This document shows, piece by piece, positions 58,510 to 64,000 of a stretch of DNA of 64,000 nucleotides. Under the pieces are notes generated by a model that was given only the letters and a program-made list of their open reading frames with translations, was not told where the DNA came from and did no database searches. The position numbers and the translations under genes are program-made. The stretch lies in NCBI RefSeq assembly GCF_009914755.1, contig NC_060945.1. One strand, given 5' to 3'. The first letter of the stretch is position 1, and each line of letters opens with the position of its first letter. The stretch comes from the human T2T-CHM13v2.0 reference genome, Homo sapiens.

Positions 58510-59664
58510 AGAACTTGCCATAAGCGTGTTAAAAGAGGAATAGAAATTGAGAATATGTAATACAAAAGAAAAATAGAGTCATGCCTACTGACCACATTCT
58601 GGGAGCCATCACACAAGCCAGCTCTGTTGGATTGATTAATTTTATGTAGCCACAGTGTGGCTAGAACCTTATCATGCATCTTATTATTCTTTTCACATAA
58701 CCTCACGCATATCTCACCATTGAGGACAACGGTGAGAACCAGTCTTGTCTTCATTCTAGAATTAGAGTAATAGGGACAACAAAAACAACAACAAAGTCAT
58801 GGAACATCTAACTGTCCTTCTATCTAAATGTCAACAAACAACTCTGATGTGTCATCCCCACCCCGCTTTACAGTGAATGTTGTCCCAATTATAGTTATGA
58901 TCTTTGTATTCTGGAAAATGCCAAAGGCTGATGCGCATAAAAGAAGAGGTCCATTCCAAAGAAGGCCAGGGAAAAAGGTATCGAGAGATGAGGAGAGCCT
59001 GGAAGATAAACCTTTTGGCCCAAATATAGCTTCCCATTCAAAGAAAGAATTCTACAGCGGTCAACGCTTCCATCTCCAAGACCTATTATGAGCACATTTA
59101 ACTTCTGGCCAGATTCCCAGCATTTCTGCTGTTCTTTGACTTTTCTACTGGTCCACAATGATGGAAATTCACACACAAAAGGATATGTAGAGTAAGAGTG
59201 CACAAATATGGGCATCTTCTATTCACCCATTGAAAGACAGGGTCCATTTCTGAAGGCATGCTTGCTATTTCCACCAAATAAAAGGAGTAGGAAACATAAA
59301 AGGTCTATTAGATCATCTTGTCAACTCTTTTTCTTAGTTTCGTCAACAGTCCAGGATGCTGTCAAATGAAACTCCTCACTTTAGGGCATCTCCAAGGATA
59401 AAGGCAAGGCACGCCTCTGGAATTTACATAGATTCCCAGTCTGCCAACCAGCTACAACAAGGTTCTATGATTCATGATTAGAAATGATGAAAGAAAGTAA
59501 CACTGTTTATCATCACATACCACCTCCCTGTGTTTCTTTCTCCCAGAATTAATAAATGCAATGACACTGAATTCACAAAAATATTGTATTTTTAAGCTTT
59601 CATATGCAATGATTCCTTTCATTGCTATTAATAAACAAGAGGACTCCTCCAGCTGAACTCTTTC

Positions 59665-59666
<2 letters not shown>

Positions 59667-59709
<43 letters not shown>
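59667..59709. repeat. (TG)n microsatellite
   Basis: About 21 TG units. Confidence 0.97.
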
Positions 59710-59712
<3 letters not shown>

Positions 59713-60385
59713 ATCTGACAAGTTTGCTGTACTGTGCTAATGAGCCCTAACGGTTTTAACATAAGTCCTGCAGGGCTGGACTACTTGAGGCTTATTCCAT
59801 CATTGAAAAAAAATGCTCAAGCTTATGGCCATACTAGACGTTCAGATAGCTTGAAGTGAAATACAGTCTGTCAATCTGTTCAGTGTCATACCTATAATCA
59901 GAATGCTGGGAATGTGCACAAGTCCTTGTGCTTTTTCTTATGAATTGGAAGACTTTTCTTTCTTAAATAAAAGGAAACAGATCATGCAGCATGTTGAGTA
60001 GAAACAGGCTGGTGCATAACAGGAGAAGAAAATCCAATGGAATAGCCACACACAGATTGCCTTTACTTCTAGGTTGGCAGGCAATGTAAGATTTGGAATT
60101 AACACCAGAAAGGAATTTCTCCCATCTCTTTCCATGGAGCTGGCTCACTGATGTTCAAGCCATGTTAATAGTCTCAGACTGCTGGCTCTGGAAAATGCTA
60201 AAGGTATCAAAAGGCACTCAGAGATTTACCAGTGAATCCAAAATATAAAAGCATTTATCCAAGTGCACCCAGTTTCCCAGTCTTCATTAATAATCAGGTA
60301 ATTGAAAGTGTTCTCATCTCTAATGCCTAATGCAGTGAATTATGTGCAGTCTTGCCACCACATCTATGAGGCACGTTAAAGCCCA

Positions 60386-60560
60386 TGGTGGGTTCTCAAC
60401 CCTGGCGGCATGCTAATGTCACCCAGAGAGCTCTCACCAAATACCTACATCCAGGGCCCATCCCCAGAGATTCTGGCTTAATTGGCCTGAAGTAGAGCCA
60501 AGCCTTGGTATTTTGTATTGCTCCCCAGGAGATTCTAGTGTGCAGCCAAGATTGAAAGAC
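60386..60560. mobile_element. MER5-type hAT-Charlie DNA transposon (MER5B-like)
   Basis: ggttctcaaccctggc...ccccagagattctggcttaattgg...ctccccaggagattctagtgtgcagccaag. Confidence 0.75.
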
Positions 60561-60747
60561 TAAAATGAACAGGCTGAATCTGAAATGAATTATAGATACA
60601 TTATAATAACATGTAACTCTTTATTAGAAGACTCAGAACTTTCTAGAAAAAAATTCCTCTGACTCCTCAAGACTGCTCTCACTACTTCACTTAATGTCTC
60701 CTGTGTATCTCAGAGATCAGGAGTTACTTGGCATAAAATGTGTGTGA

Positions 60748-60980
60748 GAGGCAGCCTTGCGTAATGGTTAAGAGCACGGTGTTTATATTCTTGGGTTTAA
60801 ATCCTTACTCCTATTTAGTGGTATGATCTTGGTTGAATTACTTAGTTCTGTTCCTCTACTTTCCCTCTGTAAAATGGTAATAATAGCTCCAGTTGAAAGG
60901 ATTGAATGACTCAATGTGCGTGAAACACTTACACTGTGCCTGGCCCATGGGAAGCTCTACATATGTACTGGCTATTACTA
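60748..60980 (+). mobile_element. MIR
   Basis: gaggcagc...gtaatggttaagagcac...ctgtaaaatggtaataat...aacacttacactgtgcctggc. Confidence 0.8.
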
Positions 60981-61984
60981 TCCCTAAACTGCCATTAGCT
61001 GAAAAACAAAAATGTATGAAAATCCAAACCCAAAGTGTTTAATGCTTGAACAGCGTTCTAAACAAGAATCAGCTTTTGTTTTCCCTTTACTGTAAGTCTA
61101 GTATGCAATGACCTCTACAATTCTTAATATTCCACCCAGGACTCAGCCAAATGCACTAGTTTCTTCCATCAAAAAGGCTGCATGTTTTTTGCCAGTATTG
61201 TCAAATTGGGAATCAGTTATTACATAATTTTGTGTTTACTAACAGCATTGTTGCAATACCATAAAAACTATAGTTTGCAAAAGAGCACTGTATTTCCAGA
61301 TGTTTTGTGCACTTCTATAGCAGTTTTGGTGATATCTGGAGAATAAGCATTATGTAAACCTGAAATTTAAATTTCCATTTGTACAATAACAAGACTGACA
61401 TAATGTGGATGCAAAGTGTGGTAGTTTTTTTTTTTTTTTTAAAAAAAGGAAGAAAAAAGCTAAAAAGTCTTTTGTATAAGCATGCGCCCCGCTTAACTAG
61501 CTACTTCACTGTTTGACAAAATATCATTTGGAAACTATGTCGGTAAATACCATCAATCCCATTTAGAAGTTGTACTGCACTGACTCTGAAATATTGTTTT
61601 GCTTTTAATTCTGCAGGCATAATTTTTCCAGTGGGTCAGAATCAAGATTACAATAATGTGAAGCAGCGGAAGAAAATCTCCCTGCTGTTAGAAGAAAACA
61701 TGGTTATCCTACCTATTAGCAGACAAACATGGAAATATTTGATTTAATTTAACGTTGACATAATTTAATTTGACTTAATGCTCTCCCAGGGAACAGTGAT
61801 TTCTGATGTCAGGAACTGCCTTTCCTTTAAGGCACATGCTTCTTCTTTAGAGGTAAGGAACTGCAAACATTTTCTGTAAAGCACCACGCATATACATTTT
61901 AGATTTTGCACCCATATGTTCTCTGTTGCAATACTAAACTCTGCTATTGAAGCAAGAAAGTCACAAATAAATGAGCATGTCTGG

Positions 61985-62272
61985 TATGGAAGGCTGGATA
62001 ATAGTTTCCAAAGAAAAGCAGATTCTAATACCTGCAACATGTGACTACTGCCTTATATTGCAAAAGGAACTTTGCAGGTATGGTTAAATCAAGGATCTTG
62101 AAATGAGGAGATTATTCTACATCATCTGGATGAGCCCTAAAAGTAATCACACTTGTCTTTAAAAAAGAGAGGCAGAGGGACATTTGACCAGAGACAGAAG
62201 GCAATGTGACAACTGGAGCAGGATGCTATGCTACTGGCATGAAAGATAGAGAAAGGGCCAGATGCCACAAAA
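61985..62272 (+). mobile_element. MLT1D-like LTR (5' part, truncated by L1)
   Basis: gcaaaaggaactttgcaggtatggttaaatcaaggatcttgaaatgaggagattattct...gagccctaa...agaggcagaggga. Confidence 0.8.
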
Positions 62273-62274
62273 TC

Positions 62275-64000
62275 AGTTTTTACATGTAAAATACAGTGTT
62301 ATCAACTACAGGGACAATATTGTACAGCAGATCTCTGGTACTTACTCATCTTGCCTAATTGAGAATTTATGCTCTTTGACTAGCAACTCCCTACAGCCCC
62401 TTGCCCCCAGCCCCAGGTTACCACCATGTTACCCTCTAATTCTATGAGTTTGACTATTTTAGATACCTCATGTCAGGGGAATCATGCAATTTTAGTCGTT
62501 CTATGACTGGCTTATTTCACTTAGCATCAGGTCCCCAGGATCATCCAAGGTGTTGCATATAGCAGGACTTTCTTTTTTAACCTTGAATAAATATTACATT
62601 GTAAGTACGTACCATATTTTCTTTATTTGTTCATCTTAGAAGGATGTTTATTCATTTCTAATCTTGTTATTGCAAATAGTGATGCAATGAACATTGGAGT
62701 GCTAACATCTCTTCTAGATTCTAATTCTTTTGGATAAATACTAGAAGTGGGAGTAGTGTACTATGTGATAGCTCTATTTTTAATATTTTGAGAACACTCC
62801 TTACTCTTTTCCATAGCTGCTGCACTATTTGGCATTTCTCCAACAGTGCTCAAGAGATCCAACTTCTCCACATCCTCACCAACACCTGTTGTGTTTTGAT
62901 TGTTGAAAACAGCCATATTAAAAAGTGTGAGGTGATATATCATTATGGCTTTGATTTGCATTTCTCTGATGATTACTGACAATGAACATCTTTTCTTTTA
63001 CCTGTTGGCCATTTGTATGTCTCAATGACTGTTTATTCAAGACTTTAGCCCATTTCTTAATGTGGTAGTTTTTTTACTATTAAGTTATAAAAGTTTCCTT
63101 ATATATTTTGGAAATTAATCATTTATGTAATAAATGGTTTACAAAGATTTTATTCCATTCCCTAGATTGCCTTTTCACTCTATTGATTATTTCCTTTGAT
63201 GTCAGAAACTTTCTAGTTCAATGTTGGCACTCTTGGGAATCAGTTATTATATAATTTTGCGTTTTAAATTTTTTATTTTAATTTTGTATTTTGCTTTTCT
63301 TGCCTGCTTTTGATGTCATATTCATGAATTTATTGCCAATACCAATGTCTTCAAGTTTTACAGTTTCAGGTCTGATACGTAAGTCTTTAATCCACTTTGA
63401 GTTGAATTTACATATGCTTTAATATAAAGGTCCAATTCTATTCTTTTGCCTGTGGATATCCAGTTGTGCCAGAGCCATTTGTTGAAGAAATTATCCTTTC
63501 TCAATTGTATGACCTTTGTCAAAGATAATTTGACCATATATGTGTGAATTTATTTTCGGGTTCTCTATTCTGTTCCATTTTTCTATGTGTTTGTCTTTAT
63601 GCCAGTAACATATTATTTTTATTTTTTATTGATAGATGAAACTTTGTGTATTTACCATGTATAATGTATTGTTTTAAAGTATACATACAATGTTGAATAA
63701 CTAACTAGCTAATTAACATATGCATCCCTTCACATGGTTATCATTTTTGTGATGAGAACACTTTATATCCACTTTCTTAGCTATTACTATAGCTTTGGAA
63801 TAAATTTTGAAATTAGGAAGTGTGATGCCTCTAAGTTTGTTCCTCTTGATCAAGATTGTTTTAGCTATTTGAGGTATTTTGTACTCCCATATAAATTTTA
63901 GAATTATTTTTTCTAATTCTATAAAAAATTCCATTGGGAATTTGATAGGGATTACATTGAATCTGTAGATTACTTTGGGCAGTATTGACATTTTAACAAT
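62275..64000 (-). mobile_element. L1MA/MB-type LINE, antisense 3' end and ORF2 C-terminus, with a second L1 3'-end fragment nested at ~63615-63782; runs off the window
   Basis: ORF2 peptides [17 protein letters not shown]...[11 protein letters not shown] (63713-63991) and IIREMQIK...YHLT...GEDVEK (62761-62982). Confidence 0.9.

Noticed and set aside
58828-59091. 87-aa ORF with a hydrophobic stretch and a basic tail
   Set aside because: No promoter, splice or homology support; the length is within chance expectation.

Overview
This is AT-rich primate (human-like) genomic DNA, intergenic or deep-intronic and dominated by transposable elements. I recognise no protein-coding gene, RNA gene, CRISPR array or CpG island, and almost all listed ORFs are repeat-derived or chance. 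Main contents: (1) a near full-length HERV-L provirus (MLT2A LTRs, TSD GGCAG, 3680-10025) carrying an AluY and nested in an older MaLR (MLT1) element; (2) a full THE1D-type MaLR provirus (TSD AGGTC); (3) a MER11 solo LTR (TSD AGGATA) inside an old ERV-L remnant; (4) two large old L1M elements; (5) two short L1PA insertions with twin-priming 5' inversions; (6) nine Alus plus MLT/MST/THE1 solo LTRs, MIR, L2, MER5 and microsatellites. The pattern that repeat annotation does not explain is a set of locally templated patchwork insertions, in which DNA was copied from 0.6-2 kb away or from adjacent sequence: in HERV-L pol (7076-7321), in L1M (17363-17645), at 44686-44801, in an Alu linker (46794-46818) and in L1M (63233-63264). 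There is also a speculative spliced transcript with a short ORF (29675/29991-30133/35850), a 5' MLT2A LTR that keeps DUX-like and splice-donor motifs, and candidate CTCF and enhancer sites. Subfamily calls come from my recall of consensus sequences, not from a database search.
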